Positions 1 to 13,686 of a stretch of DNA of 64,000 nt are shown in pieces (position 1 is the stretch's first letter; every line of letters starts with the position of its first letter). Under the pieces are notes generated by a model. The model had not been told where the DNA came from and ran no database searches. It saw only the letters and a list, made by a program, of their open reading frames with translations. Position numbers and translations under genes: made by a program. The stretch comes from Podarcis bocagei. Lineage: Eukaryota. The stretch lies in the NCBI GenBank assembly GCA_964188305.1, contig OZ076886.1; one strand, given 5' to 3'.

Positions 1-166
1 TGATTTCCTTAAGAATGGATAGGTTTGATCTTCTTGCATTCCATGGGACTCACAAGAATTTCCTACAGCACCATAATTCAAAAGCACCCATTCTTCAATG
101 ATCAGCCTTCTTTATGGTCCAGCTCTCACTTCCATACATCACTACTGGGAACACCATAGCTTTAAT
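1..166 (-). mobile_element. BovB (RTE-clade LINE) RT fragment, older copy running off the window edge
   Basis: Closely similar to 23515-23680 inside the BovB copy (tgatttccttaagaatggataggtttgatcttcttg...catcactactg). Confidence 0.85.
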
Positions 167-1149
167 CCTAGTTACATGTGAAAGAAGGCTAGCCAGTTCT
201 GGCCAGTTAGCCTTTGTGAAAAAAATGAGCTATGAAATCATCTTCCTAACACTGATGTTCCTGTAGCTTATCTGGCAAGGCAGGACGGTTGTGTGAAGGC
301 ATGCTGGCAGAGTCAATCTGGTGCTTTCAACTTCCCCAAAGAGTGTCCTGATCACAGAAAGTCTTAAGTGGTAAACCTCACCAGACTACAGTATAGGGGT
401 TCATCACTATTACTATTCTTGAATCTTTCTGTATGCTGTAAGGACTACAGAAATGTACTGATCATTGCAGCATAATTTGGGATCAGAAGGTGGAGCCTGT
501 GAAACGAAGGCACTCTGAAGACCCCTGGCAAGTTGATGATTGTAATTGGTTTGCAACCATGGTTTGTGTTAATTGTGGTTGTGTAGTATATCTGCATTAT
601 TAGCCAGTGCCAACATACTGTAACACACAGCTGTGGTCAACACTGACCATAGCTGCTGCTTCAGCTTTAGAGAAGATTCTGAAGGTGTAGTAAAATCATA
701 GTTCAATTTGGCAAGCTAAGCTTTCCCTCTAGAGGGTGTGTATCTGTAGATGTCATTGAGGAGACCTGCTTGTCATCTAGCATGCAGAGAGGGTACAAAG
801 GTAGAGGGCTTTTTCACTTATGTCTTGCTTGTGGGCTTCCCATAGGCATTCAGAGGAAAACTCTTCTGTTTCAGTTCTGCAAATTGGCTTGTGACAAATT
901 TCTCTACTATTGAAAAGTAATTGATGGCTTAGATTAAGGTTTCCCATGGAGCATTAGCAATCAAGCCATGTTTTAGTCTTACTTTCAGGCTGCTATGGAA
1001 ACCATTTGATTCTTGTTTCGAAAAGAAGTAAGCACAATTTTTAAAACCACAGCTTCTACTTGTAATGGAGACAAGGACTGAATTGTAATGTGTTCAGCAG
1101 TCTGCACTTTGAAGCTAGCTGTTGTTGTTGTTATGCTTACTTGTTGCTT

Positions 1150-1560
1150 TACGCTTTCTTGCCCTTACCGGGCAATAGAGGCAAAAGATGGTCTTTCAGG
1201 TAACCTGCCCCGGAGTTGTTTAGAGATTTACATATAAGTAGTGGGGGTCTTACAACTAGTTCAGTGGTTAATAGGCAGCCAATGCAGATCCCTTAGCACC
1301 ACTATGATTTGCACCCAATAAAGTGTACCACTTACCACTGGGCCATGGCATTCTGCGCCAGCTGCAACTTCTGGACCAGCCATAAGGGAAGCCCCAAATA
1401 TAGCACATTACAGCAGTCTAAACCTGAGGTTACCAACACATGTCACAGTGGCCAAATTATCCCTTCCCAGGAAAGAGTGCAGTTGGCACACCAGCCATAG
1501 CTGGTGATAGGTGCTCTTTGCCATGGAAACTGCCTCCATGAGCAAAGATGGAACAAAGAA
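1150..1560 (-). mobile_element. Degenerate L2 LINE ORF2 C-terminal fragment (boundaries approximate)
   Basis: Minus strand reads roughly ..LVTSGLDCCNVLYLGLPLWLVQKLQLAQNA.., homologous to VTSRLDYCNSLYVGLPLRLTQKLQRVQNA in the 61178 ORF. Confidence 0.7.
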
Positions 1561-3467
1561 GCAACCCTCCTTCTATAATCCTGCGATGCTTGCTTGCTTG
1601 CTCATTTATTTATTTATTTCCCTAAGGTTCCAGGGCAGGCTACAGCGTTAAAACACAATATGAAAAACATCTTAAAACAACTTACCATCATAAAAATAGG
1701 ATGGGTACTAATACATATATATATTTATGTTATGTTAATGCATCCCACTGAAAGTTTATGCAAGTCTTCGTATCACAAAAGGTTACTTTGGAGATCAGGG
1801 TCTTATTGTTCATTCTTGGCTACGTTGTTGCAACTTCTAAGTTTAGAATGTAGGAATTCTTCATATGGTGGCCATACACCATGCCAAATCAGTTGATGAA
1901 GTTCATCATGTGAGCAGCAGTAACTCTAAACAAACGTGCCTCGTCGTGTTACATGACTCCACTTACTTGCTGTTACTTAAATCAGTCATCAGGACCCAGC
2001 TAACACACGATTGATGGATAATAGTATAGCATGACTCTGATGGACCAAGCCACCTGTTCTATCTGTAGTCCAGAATATGCCAGCAGAAAGTATACAAAAT
2101 TGTTTTTATTTTGAGATGTGGCTAGCAAAGTAACTTAAACTTACTAGGGACTCATGCGGGGGGGAAAACTTACGTTAAAATATGGGTGTATTTTGTTAAT
2201 TAATGCTTTTAGATTTAATATTTTTTCTTGTACATTACTTCAGTCCTCTAACTTTCCAATTTTGTTTTCATGAAGAGAGATGTTGAAATTGTTACTGAAA
2301 ACCACACTGTATTTTAAAGGCACTGTACAAAACTGGAAACTTGGGAACTAGGAAACCATATGAGGAATGAGAACACCTGTAAAAATATTCAGGAAAACAA
2401 CAATGGCATTTGGAATTCTGCACCTCTTAATATTCAGCCCTCCCCCCCCAAAAGGGCTTCCAGATCTTTACAGACAAGTAAGACAATTAGAGTAAGAACA
2501 GTTCCCCTTGAATTGGAGGTAGATCACATTGAAGTTAGCGGGACTTAGTTCTGAGCAAAAATGCACAGTATTGCACTGTACTGTAATGAGTTAGTATTTT
2601 TTAAAGGTACAAATCTTGCTCCAATAAGTGACAATACAACATCTTCTGAATAATTAATTCTGGACATAGCATTGGTGTAGAATTCTGAAAATTCCAGGAG
2701 CCTAACTCATATTTAGACTGTTATGTACATAATAATAAATATGGTGAAATTGGTATAGTAAACTTTTTTCTTTTTTTCAAGTACATTGACACAGTGCCTC
2801 ACTCAGATTTATATTTTGCTTAGATTATTTGCTAATAATATTTGCTAATATTATTCTTAAAGGCAGGAAAACAATATGCACTCCCATTGGTTTAAGCAAA
2901 ATAGTCACAGAGTTATGCTGTTCTTTCATTGTTTTACCATGCTGGGTATGAAAGGAGTTTTCCTATAGTGCTAATTGTTCGTTTTGCTTTCTCTCCCTCC
3001 CTCCCTCCCTGTCCCATATCTTGCTCAGCTTGTTTTGCTGGGCCAGACAGCAAGGAGAGGTCACACTTAAATAGATTAGCAGAGGACACAGAGAGATAAA
3101 ACCTTGCCTGAACTATTGGAATAGACAATACTTTCCATGATGTGCTTGTTAAATGGATTGAGAAACAGTGAAAGGGTGTCTTAATACAGCAGCATATTAA
3201 CCTGGCATAGATCCCCTTTGATCTCTCTGTTGCAATAATTCAGCACTGGGATGCTAAAATAAATTTGTTGAGAGTAATGTACATAATTAAGAACAAGAAT
3301 GATAGAAATATAAGGAATTATAGACATAGGGCATATTTGTAAAATAAAGGTCTTGCCAATCTACCGCAGTAGTACTGAAACCTGTGCCTGGCTAAGGAAG
3401 GATGGGGAAGTGATATTTGTATCACTATGCTAATCAGTGGAGGGAGGTGGGATAGAGTATCCTAGAA

Positions 3468-3696
3468 CAGGAGTTCTCAAACTGTGATCAGTCAACTTCA
3501 TTCAAGTGGTCCATGTGGCATGTCTGTGGATTTGTGATTGCAGATGGGAGAGGACACATCCATCACACTTAATATTGATATTGATTTTAATTGATTTTTT
3601 ATTTCTTCTTTTATTTTTTGTATTGTATTGTATCATGATGTGAATTCTATGGAATTACAGTTCAAGTGGTCCATGGGAAAAAGTTTGGGAACATTG
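3468..3696. mobile_element. Old hAT/Charlie-type non-autonomous DNA transposon
   Basis: Imperfect TIRs caggagttctcaaact / agtttgggaacattg. Confidence 0.45.
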
Positions 3697-4414
3697 CCCT
3701 CGACTTTACCTGATCCAGGGTTTCCCTTGCCTTTCTTCCAACATGGGAGAGTTGGCAGGTTAGCCCAAATCATTTTGTGGTTAAAGATGGTGAGATGGAT
3801 ATTTGACTGTGCTAATGTAGCTGACAAGACTGTCTGTGTAGCTCCAGACAAAAGTTCATTCTGTTTGTTCTTAAGATACCTTAAAATGAGATATGGAGTG
3901 CAATTGATAAGACCATTGTAGTCTTTCAAGATCTTGTTTAATAACACTAAATTTACATTCAGTTTCGCAGTACTGTATTGTTTTTCAATGCACAGGTTAA
4001 CTTTTCTAGAGGAGAGTGCTCTCCGCCTAAAGCACTGGGTTCATATTTTGGGAAAATGTGATTATTGTGCAGCAAGGAGATACTGGCAACAAACAATTTG
4101 AACATGTCTATCAGCTTTGACAAGTGTAATTCATTAGAGAGATAGAGACAGAGAGTAGAGTACTCTTTTGTGAAGTTGTACACTTTGAATCCAAGCTTAC
4201 AGAACTAGTTTGAAATGCTAGCTACAATATAGAGTTCTGTGCTCATGGGGGCTTCCTGTTCTTCTCTATGAAAAGGAAAACTTCATTGTACTCATTTGGA
4301 AACTTCTTTCTTTCAGAAGTGCCATTTAAATTCTTTAAAAAATTAATAAATGGTGATATGGTGCAAAAGCTTATACAAACGTAAAGTGGTGTGAGCGTCA
4401 TGTAAAAGAGTGTA

Positions 4415-4640
4415 CAGTGGTACGTCAGGTTACATACGCTTCAGGTTATAGACTCCACTAACCCAGAAATAATGCTTCAGGTTAAGAACTTTGCTTCAGG
4501 ATGAGAACAGAAATTGTGCTCCGGCGGCGCAGCGGCAGCAGGAGGCCCCATTAGCTAAAGTGGTGCTTCAGGTTAAGAACAGTTTCAGGTTAAGTACGGA
4601 ACTCCGGAACGAATTAAGTACTTAACCTGAGGTACCACTG
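4415..4640 (+). mobile_element. Tc1/mariner(pogo/Tigger)-type MITE, family A
   Basis: TIRs cagtggtac.tcaggtta / taacctgaggtaccactg, flanked by TA; internal ttcaggtta subrepeats; 5 copies in the window. Confidence 0.85.
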
Positions 4641-4700
4641 TAGTTGACTGGTGACATTTCTTAAAGCACTCAATATGAATACTTAAAGTCCTTTGGAATT

Positions 4701-5047
4701 TAAAGGTAAAGGTAAAGAACCCCTGACAGTTAAGTTCAGTTGTGAATGACTCTAGGGTTGTGGTGCTCATCTCGCTTTACTGGCCGAGGGAGCTGACGTT
4801 TGTCCGCAGAAAGTTTTTCTGGGTCATGTGGCCAGCATGACTAAGCCGCTTTTGGCAAAACCAGAGCAGTGCACAGAAACGCCGTTTACCTTCCCACCAG
4901 AGCGGTACCTGCTTATCTACTTGCACTTTGACGTGCTTTCAAACTGCTAGGTTGGCAGGAGCTGGGACCGAGCAATGGCAGCTCACCGCGTTGCGGGGAT
5001 TCGAACCACCAACCTTCCGATCGGCAAGCCCTAGGCTCAGTGGTTTA
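4701..5047 (-). mobile_element. Sauria SINE (tRNA-derived, BovB-type tail), slightly 5'-truncated
   Basis: (AAAGGT)n tail on +, B-box ggttcgaatccc on -, body matches the other copies. Confidence 0.85.
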
Positions 5048-6804
5048 TACCTTAAATTTAGAACTTAAGTGATGTTAAAAACCACGTCTGTGGTTCTTCC
5101 AAAAAACTTGTCATGGCCTTGATTATTAAAAGCTTTGTATTGCTATGCTTTTATAAGGACATAGAAGAGTTAACATTTTTTTCTTCAACCAACACAGTGG
5201 TACCATTAGGAAAAACAGAGTAGTACAGCCTGTTTTTCAGTTCTTTTTTCCACTTGTTCTTTAATTATAGGCTTGATATGGACCCTACAGTTTAGAGGGC
5301 ATAGTAGGGTGTTTTTTTTAAAGAGGAAGTGATAAAGAGTTGTGCTTTCTATCAGGCTACACACCCCACTGTTCCACTTGGAAAAAAAGTCAGTTGAGAA
5401 CTTCAAACAAATGAACAACAACAACAAAATCCTCATTTTGAGAGAAGATCATGGGTTCCCTGTTCCGCAGAGCTAAGTTAATAAGAGAATGCAGTTTTGC
5501 TAATGAATAACAGTGCCGAGTCTGGAAGAGCTGATGTTCAACAGCATGGAAATGTAACTTAGTTTTTGTTCACAAGAGGCTGTTCCTGGAGAGCTGCAGC
5601 TGTGACATGTATCCCTTCAACCCGGATTGCAGATAGCATGCTTTTACTTTGCGACAGCTGATCCAAAGGACTCTGGCTGGTAAGATTGTGGTGGGAAGAG
5701 GGCTTGAGGAGGGGGGTGTAATGGCTGTGTGCTAAAGGGATAGAAGAATTCCTGTTTTACTTTACCGCTTTGCAGTGCTGCTATTACATCAGGCTCAGTT
5801 TTGAAACCCTAAACCCCTCTGCACTTGCTAGTCCTCTTTGCTGCAGTCTTTCAGGGAGCCCAGGTGGTAGTGAGGTTTGCTTTGGCTCCTGCAGTGGTTA
5901 GGTCAGCCTGCTAGATGAAAAAAAACCAACCCGTGCCTGTCCTCTTCAATAATCATCTTCTGCCAGCTGGTGCTCTGCAGGAAATTCCAAATTGTTAATT
6001 TTGTTAGGGATATTTGTTTTCCACACTGCCAGTTTGACTTACTCCAGGGCTGGCGAACATTGCCCTAGGCACTGTGACAGCCAAGGAAATCCTAGAAGAG
6101 AATTAAGACATCAAAAAGAAAAAAGAAAAAAAGCACGTAGAGATTGAGAACAGAGAAGCAGTTCTTTTAAAATGTGCTGTCTAGATTTCATCTTGTATTA
6201 ATCAGCCTTCCTTTAAACAAAAAAGAAAAAAACCTTGCTTGAAGACCATGCATTTCTCATGTCAGCTGAGAAGGGATTTGTATTATGGTGGTGAATGTCT
6301 ATACAAATCTTCTTTAAACTGCTGGCATGTGTGTTGATCCTTAAACACTGCTTCTAAAGTCTCTACCTCATACTGGAACTGCTTCTTTTAAAGCTGGTTA
6401 TGGGAGAATGGAGGGCTTCTTTTCATCTTACATTCCTCCCCTGCCACAAGAGAAGGTGGCAGCCTTAAGAGACCGCATTTGAACACCTTGAGAACTTCTG
6501 GGTCATGCCACCTTAGCTGATATTAGCGGTCAGGAAATATTAGATGATTTGTGCTGGTTGGGTCTCTATGGACTAGGTACAGCAAGGCAGGTGACTTTCA
6601 ACCTCTTTTTAGTGGCTCCCCTGCCAGGAAACCCATGCATGTTGCTGCAGATTTAGGACACACACTCTGTTCACATGGGCCAGGCCTCAGTATTGTATTA
6701 CATGAACTGACAGTGTGCCTGAGAGCACTCTCAGTACTGCATCTTCTTACATATTTCAGCTGCATCTTAACAAAGGAAAGACTGGTATTGATAGACGATC
6801 CTGT

Positions 6805-6990
6805 CCTTCCTCCAAGAGCTCAGGATGACGCATGTGGCTCTCCTCACGCCAATTTTGTCCTCACGCCAACTGTGTGAGGGGGATATGGCTCAGAGTTGGA
6901 ATGGGTGGCCTTAGGTGAGCGTCGTGGCTGAGAGGGAATTTGAACCCCGGGGTTCCTTGTGCTAATCCAACACGTTTTCAGCTATACCTC
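6805..6990 (-). mobile_element. Old MIR/CORE-like SINE remnant
   Basis: attttgtcctcac...ggctgagagggaatttgaacccc pattern, similar to 31760-31960. Confidence 0.45.
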
Positions 6991-7185
6991 ACTGGTTCTA
7001 AAATTAGTTAGCGTTGGTCATTTAATAACTGTATGGATTTGAGGGAATTGCGGGGGAAGGGGGATCATTTCTTCTGGGAAGATTATCAGGCGTTACTGCT
7101 AAGCTTCTGAGGCACCAAGGCTTCCCTGAAATTGCCATTTAAAAACCATAGACTTGAGCTAAGTTCAGAAGCACTATTTTCTGTA

Positions 7186-7397
7186 CAGTGGTATCTCGGG
7201 TTAAGAACTTATTTCGTTTTAGAGGTCCGTTCTTAACCTGAAACTGTTCTTAACCTGAGGTACCACTTTAGCTAATGGGGCCTCCCGCTGCTGCCACGCG
7301 ATTTCTGTTCTCAATCTGAAGCAAAGTTCTTAACCTGAGGTACTATTTCTGGGTTAGAGTCTGTAACCTTAAGCGTCTGTAACCTGAAGTACCACTG
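7186..7397 (-). mobile_element. Tc1/mariner-type MITE, family A (reverse orientation)
   Basis: TA-cagtggtatctcggg ... gaagtaccactg-TA; reverse complement of 4415-4640. Confidence 0.85.
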
Positions 7398-10325
7398 TAT
7401 TCCTAGTTGCAGCCATTTTGAGAAATCCACTACAGTTAAGCCTATGCTGAAAACAACAGGGTTGGATCACAGACAGCTTAGGTTTGCAAACAACTTTTGG
7501 TTCAGTTGGTGTCACATTTGAAGAAAGGAAATGCTCCTGATTAACTGGCTATGGCAGATGGAGAAGGATGGAGTGGCATTACACTAGCATTACACTCTTA
7601 AAGGGCTCAGCCTTTGTTTTACGGGGCAGGAGAAATAAAAACATTTTGAGAATAAGTTCAAAAACTGTTTGGGACATGGGTATCTGTGTTGCTCATCACC
7701 AGTGATACCATAGGCTTCAACCAATAGTCTGTGATAATTACGTCACATGTGGTAACAACCAAACTAATAGTGCTCATAGGTTTGGTGGGAACTTTGATTT
7801 AGTGAGCAGTCATGATTTATCGTTTGATGGAGGCTGAACCTGAGAAGAAAATTTGGGGTAGGAATTTGAGATTGTGCTATGGCAGTCGTATCATCAGCTC
7901 AAGCATTTTAGGTTGGTAGATGGAACAATAACCCCTCTCCTCCCTCTGCATGCTGTTCTGAGGTTTTCCCGACATCCCCCCAGCCAATCTTGGGAGGCCT
8001 GCAGGGGGAGGACAGTGGGGAAGCCCTGTTACCTTAGTGGAAATCATTGTGTGGACTTCTGCCAACAGGACTTGTTAGTTGAACCCCTCCCTTTGTCAAG
8101 CAACTGAACGATCACCAAGATCCCTTGAATTTCTGAATAGTAAATAACAGTAAGATATTTGTTTTCATATAACAACTTGTTGTTGATTTCAATTTTATGA
8201 ATGATTTCTTCCTTGGTTTTCTATCTGTGGACACACAAAAGTGGCTTATGGTTTTTTAAAATAAAGTTAAACTTGAAACATAATGTACAACAATGGCTTT
8301 CCAAAAACTTCCCACTGAAGTGACATTTGGGGCATGGTCTCTATCTGTTAAAACTTTTCAAAGATGTCATAGGGAGACTTTATAAGTTATATTTTAGCTG
8401 TTAAAGTTTGAAATTAACATGTACAAATGCAATGTCTGAATCCAACAAATAGATGTATTTCACTTACCATGTCGCTGGGACTTTCCCCAGTTGCTTATAC
8501 TCTTGATACTTGATAGAGAACACACGTTTCCCATTGCTTAATGTGAAAAGTAGCCCATAGAGAGTGAAGAGGCAACTAGTATGCAAGTAAATTTTCTGAA
8601 GTAGTTTCACATAATTTCCTTGGTCTGAATAGGCTACGGTGGAATCTACATATAAATAAAAAACGCTGCGAAAATGCTTTTTATTTATTTTTTAAAAAAA
8701 TACATTGAATTTTGCATAGCTCACTTTCGCCATCGAGTGTAGCATTTGTATACTGCACTTTAAAACACATTTAAAATGTTTTATTTGTAGTTGTATGGCT
8801 GAGTCCTATGACTACCAACCAAAATGACTTATACCATGTTTAGATATTTGCCATCTTCATAAAGAAGGACATTGCACAATCCATATGTCATAATAGTGCC
8901 TGGAAATTTTGAAAGTAGACAGCTTTAGGCCATGAAGTTGTCTTCTTCTGCAACATCTACTTCAATGCCTTCCATATGGCTCCCTTAATAAATTCTTGTT
9001 GGTTTCTGTCAAATACTTGTTTCAAATGGTGAAAATTACTACTTTTTCATTGATGTGGGATATCTAGTCTTTACTGCTATATGTTGTTAGGGAACATTGA
9101 TTCAATTATCCCAATTTAATATTTATATGCACTTAATTTAATTTGTGGCTAAACTTTTGTGGGGCTAAACGGTTTTGGAGACCACCCTTGTTTCACATAC
9201 TAGCACCTCAGTGAAAAGGATAGCTAGATTGTATGTGTATCAGCCAGAAATTTCAGTGTCCAAAGTGGACATTGACAATATAATACCAGATACAAATTAG
9301 AATTACAAACAAGTTAATAGCTCATTGCTACCAAAGGTAGGATTTTAAGAATCTATACTCTGTTTCCATCCATATAGTTTATGCTTAGAATTCAGTCCAA
9401 AGAATGTTCATATACCATTATTAGTGGTATAGTTTTTTCAGATTTTTTTGCATGCTACCACATGACATCGTCTTTATTCAGCTAGTATTCTGGATTAATG
9501 TACCCCCTAAAATGCATTTTCTTCTACCACAAAAAAATCTGCCTTGGGCATCTACTGTGTATGGAGTTGTCTAACAATGAGTGCAGATAGATTTGCTCTT
9601 AACTGTAACTAAGAGCCCAAGAGCAGTCTGAGCAATTGCATGTCTCCTTCCTACTTCATGCAAAATCTGTCACTGCAATTAAACACACACAATTTAGCGG
9701 TAACATTAAAATTGTTTTGAGTTAGACTTAGATCTATCAGGCTATAGGTGAAAACTGTATCCCAATAAAGTTATTGGTGACATTCCTATCAATTTTAAAG
9801 GTTCGGGACTATGCCTGGTCAATAATAGAACTATGCTGCCAAAAAACGATTTCTGCAATGCAATTCTGCATCAATCCACCAGATGACACTTGATGATTAA
9901 GGTTGAAAAAAATTAATAAATTTCCGCTGACAATTGGATTCCTCCTCCCCATACATTTTCCAAGTTGCCTTTGCGATTTTAAACATGTGTGTTACAAAAT
10001 GGAGATGTTTCGCATTTTGATCTTTCACTGTACGCCACTAATTTAGAAAAAGAGAATCTGTTACGTGTTTACTGCTGTTTAATTGGAAGGCTTAGTGATG
10101 GAAGCTGAACATTGCTCGGATATCTTTCTTATAATTGGTAATGAATGAGTTGCATGTGGGAGGAAGAACATGAAGTTACTAGCACTGCCGACCGAGGCAG
10201 ATGGAGCAAGCCAAGTTGCTAGCTTACCTCTTTCAAGACTTTTCAGTCAAGCATTAGCATCCCTCATGTTGCATGGTATATGAGTTTTGTCATGCTGGGC
10301 TTTGCCTTTTCTCTTCTGACATTGA

Positions 10326-10820
10326 GCATAGGAGCATAGGAATCTGCCTTATACTGAGTCCTGCCATTGTTCCATCTAGCTCAGAATTGTCTGCACTAAC
10401 TGGCAATGGCTCTCCAAGATTGCAGACAGGGAATCTTCCCTAGTCCCACCTGGAGACAGCGGCCGTAGCTAGCCGCTTGGGTGCCCAGGGTGGTGTGCGT
10501 GCTCTGCACCTGGGGGCAGGACAAGCTAACCATGGGGCGGGGCGAGATAGGGCAGGGCGCACTGCGCGGAGCCTCCTAGGAGTCCACTCTCCAGCTCCCC
10601 CTCAGCTGTAGGGCAGCTGAGGGAGAGGCAGTGGACAGACGCAAGTCCCACACTGCTATTTTGGGCAGTGCGGAGCCTGCAGGCCCCGTGGTGAGTGCCG
10701 CCCCCCGCGGTGTGGCGCCCAGTGTGCCCCGCCTCCCCTTGGCCATGCCTCTACCTGGATTGGACCCAGGACCTTTTGCATGCAAAGCAGATGCTGTCCT
10801 ACTGAGCTCTGGCCCTTCCC
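10326..10820 (-). mobile_element. tRNA-Ala-like SINE (Squam3-type), interrupted by a DNA transposon
   Basis: Minus head gggccagagctcagtaggacagcatctgctttgcatgcaaaaggtcctgggtccaatcc resembles tRNA-Ala(TGC); repeated agcatagg tail at 10326. Confidence 0.6.
10457..10753. mobile_element. GC-rich hAT-like MITE nested in the SINE
   Basis: Abrupt GC-rich block; degenerate TIR cagcggccgtagc / ggccatgcctcta; candidate TSD cctggaga / cctggatt. Confidence 0.45.
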
Positions 10821-11146
10821 TTGTCTAGTCCTATTGTCTATCTCCACAACCAGTATGTTGCTGGAACCATCTGAATGTGGATGGTGCTCTTGTAGCCTTC
10901 GTGGCAGTAGTCACCTAAATTGATTCAGTTATGATACTTATTTTCAAGCTTTGGTGCTTGTCGCTGTTGCAACATGTACTGGTAATGAATTTATGTAATG
11001 TGCTGAAGAACTTTTTACTTTGTGCTTTTTCACATCCTTAATATACTTCTTTTGCGTTGAACTAAAATTGGAACTTCGAAAAAAAATTTTTGGTGTGTTT
11101 TAGACATCTAGCTGTTGCATCGACCAGTTATATACATACGGAAGCA

Positions 11147-11165
11147 TGTTGCCCTCTAGTGGTTT
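11147..11165 (-). promoter_or_regulatory. Candidate CTCF site
   Basis: Minus strand CCACTAGAGGGCAAC fits the CTCF core CCASYAGRKGGC; motif match only. Confidence 0.35.
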
Positions 11166-12118
11166 GTTCAACAATGAAATGTTATCTAGCATAACTTTTT
11201 CAGCTAAAGATTTATTGTAACTGTGGGACCTTGTCATAGACACAGCAGTCCTGGTATTTATTTCCATGCAGGCCACTGAAAATTTAGCAGGCCCCTATGA
11301 TTTATAAACAGTTTTGTGCTCCTGTTCCAAGCTCTTTTAGAGCTGCAGTAGCAGTGTTAAGAAATCCATATTGCAAAGCCCCCTTTCCTTCCAGAAACAC
11401 ACAATTTGTCACAATCATCCTATAGAACTGAAAATGTTTTGGGGTAAATAAAGGCATGTAAAGGATGGTGTTGTCATTTTTTTCTTCTTGTAAAAAGAGG
11501 CTATTGCCTTGAATTTTCCTTGTCCCATTTTCCTGGCTCATCAAAGATTGATGAAAGTTCTCTCCCTGCCCCCCTTAACCTCATGCTTGCAGTGTTCATA
11601 AATTACATAGCAAACCAGGCAGTTCAGTCTGATCTCTAGTGGATTTGCACAAAACGTGCCTATCCTCCTTTTCCTGCTTTCATGTTTCAAACTCTACTTA
11701 TCCTACTTTCTTGCAGTTCATTCACCCAATACTAAGTGGACTTTCTAAAGAAAACATTTTAAAGTTTAATGCACAATGCTCCTTTCATTGGCACTTTAAT
11801 GTTTGCTTCTTTTTTATTTTTAGCAACCATTATTTATAGAGATCACAGAGTATACAAAATGCTTCATATACACGCTCTCTGTAATCCTTACGGTATGAAG
11901 AGTGCCTATATTATTTTCCCCATAATATCCTGAAGAGAATATGGTTTGTATCCTATTGTGTTTCTGGCAGAGGAAAAATTTAAATGGAGGAGTTGTCAGG
12001 TCTTGCTTTTAGCCAGCTTTCATTCATTCATTCTACAAATCGTCTTGCCAGTGGCCTGCACAGTATGGCTACCCTGGGTGCCCACACTTTAATTAAAGCT
12101 CAGGAGAGGACATAATTA

Positions 12119-12287
12119 CCGTATTTTTTGCACCATAACACTCACTTTTTTCCTCCTAGAAAGTAAGGGGAAATGTCTGTGCGTGTTATGGAGGGAATGC
12201 CTATGGGTGGCATGCCTACGGATTTTCCTCCTCTAAAAACTACGTGCGTGTTATGGTCGGGTGCGTGTTATAGAGCGAAAAATACGG
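12119..12287. mobile_element. Tc2/pogo-like MITE, family B
   Basis: TA-ccgtattttttgcaccataacac ... gtgttatagagcgaaaaatacgg-TA (23-bp imperfect TIRs, TA TSD). Confidence 0.75.
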
Positions 12288-13608
12288 TAAGTACTTCCTC
12301 AGCATGAGCAGCCAGGGAGGCTTCATAGTGCTGGGGAAATGTTTGCTAGAAAGAGAAATTCATACACCACCCTTGACAACTTCTTAACGATATGTTAAGA
12401 TCAAAATGTTGTACCCACTGGAATTCTCAAGAAATTCTAAAGTGCCCCGAGAATGAAGCAGCAAAAAAGGAGGCCTATTTTGCAGTGGAAGACAACTTTC
12501 TGGAAATACGAAGGCAGATTTTTGGCACAGCACTAAATGCTGTGATCCTAGAATTGCAAGTCTGGGAAAAGAGCCAATGGATTATTTTGTCTTAATTCCC
12601 CACTCTGAAGCAGGGCTTCTAAATGCCTGAAGCATCCCTGTTTAGAAGTGTTGTGAGCTCACTGCTGCTTCTAGATTGTATTTGAAAGCAGCCCCACTAA
12701 AGCACATCTTAGTATCACAGCCTGGAAGTTAACAGAGCATGGATAAGTGAAGTTGGTGCTCACTTCCATCATTCAACATGGCTCACACAAAGCCAGTGTT
12801 ATAAAATCAGCAACACCAATAGAAAGCAAAGCAACAACAGCAAAAACAGTGAAATGCCGATCAAATCCTATGTGAAACAAATTGGTTTTATGCACCTCTA
12901 GAACGTGATGAAGGAAGAGCAAGTTTTATTTTTTCTAGGGAGCTTGTTCTAAAGCTTCAGGGTCATGAGCCTTATTTCCTGTGGATAATGTTCTAGTTTC
13001 ATGCAGTAAAAGAACTCTGAGCAGGACCCATTGTGCAGAACATTGATAGAGCAAGGCTTCAATCCAGAAGAAGCAAGTTGTGACGGACTTTAAGAATGAG
13101 AAGCTTGAATGAAGCCTGGAAGTGAACAGGCAGCAAGGCTGTAGCTGCGCAACTGGTGGAACATGTTTTTGCCTCTCTGTATGTGCCAGGAATAAATCAG
13201 CAGCATTTCCACCAGCAGCAACTTCTGAGTCAATTTCAAGGGCAACTTTGTCTAAAGGGCATCACCTCTGTTTCAGCTTTAGATTATCCAATTTCATCCA
13301 CTTGACAGTTAACAGGCACAACTTTCTAACAGAGACAGGTGTTCCTTGATGTGTAGTTATGGCAGGTGCCAGGCAAGCTTACCAGGAGAGTGTATTCTAC
13401 ATGCAAGGAGCCACCTCAAGCAACAGATGCTGAAGGGCAGAGTGGACAAAGTTGTGTGTCATGTGGCCAGCCTTGTGCCCCTTAAATTAGCTTGATGCCC
13501 TCAGAGGTTCCCTACTTCAGGTGTAGGGTCTGCAGGAAGCCTTTTCCTGCATAAGAGCTCCATGCCACTGTCATCACATTTAAAAGATTCATAAGCTGAG
13601 ATAAAACA

Positions 13609-13686
13609 GAGTCTTGTGGCGCCTTAAAGACTAAACAAATGTGTTATGGCATAAGCTTTCATGGACTCAAGCCTACTTCATTAGAC
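13609..13686 (-). mobile_element. Degenerate Penelope-like terminal repeat with decayed hammerhead motif
   Basis: Minus: CTAATGA-A-GTAGGC-TTGA-GTCCAT-GAAAGCTTA-TGCC...agtctttaaggcgccacaagactc; same layout as the 27383 motif. Confidence 0.55.

Noticed and set aside
2360-2477. ATG ORF ending at a phase-1 donor (acaa|gtaaga), a possible FGD3 start exon
   Set aside because: No similarity to FGD proteins and no promoter-like context; a phase match occurs by chance one time in three
4415-4640. Regularly spaced ttcaggttaag repeats resembling a CRISPR array
   Set aside because: Internal subrepeats of a eukaryotic MITE; the spacers are shared between copies and there are no cas genes
10457-10753. 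GC/CpG-rich block resembling a CpG-island promoter
   Set aside because: Short, sharply bounded and nested in a SINE; better explained as a transposon
10755-10820. tRNA-Ala-like sequence; also the tRNA-like heads of the Sauria SINEs
   Set aside because: Degenerate SINE heads attached to SINE bodies, not tRNA genes
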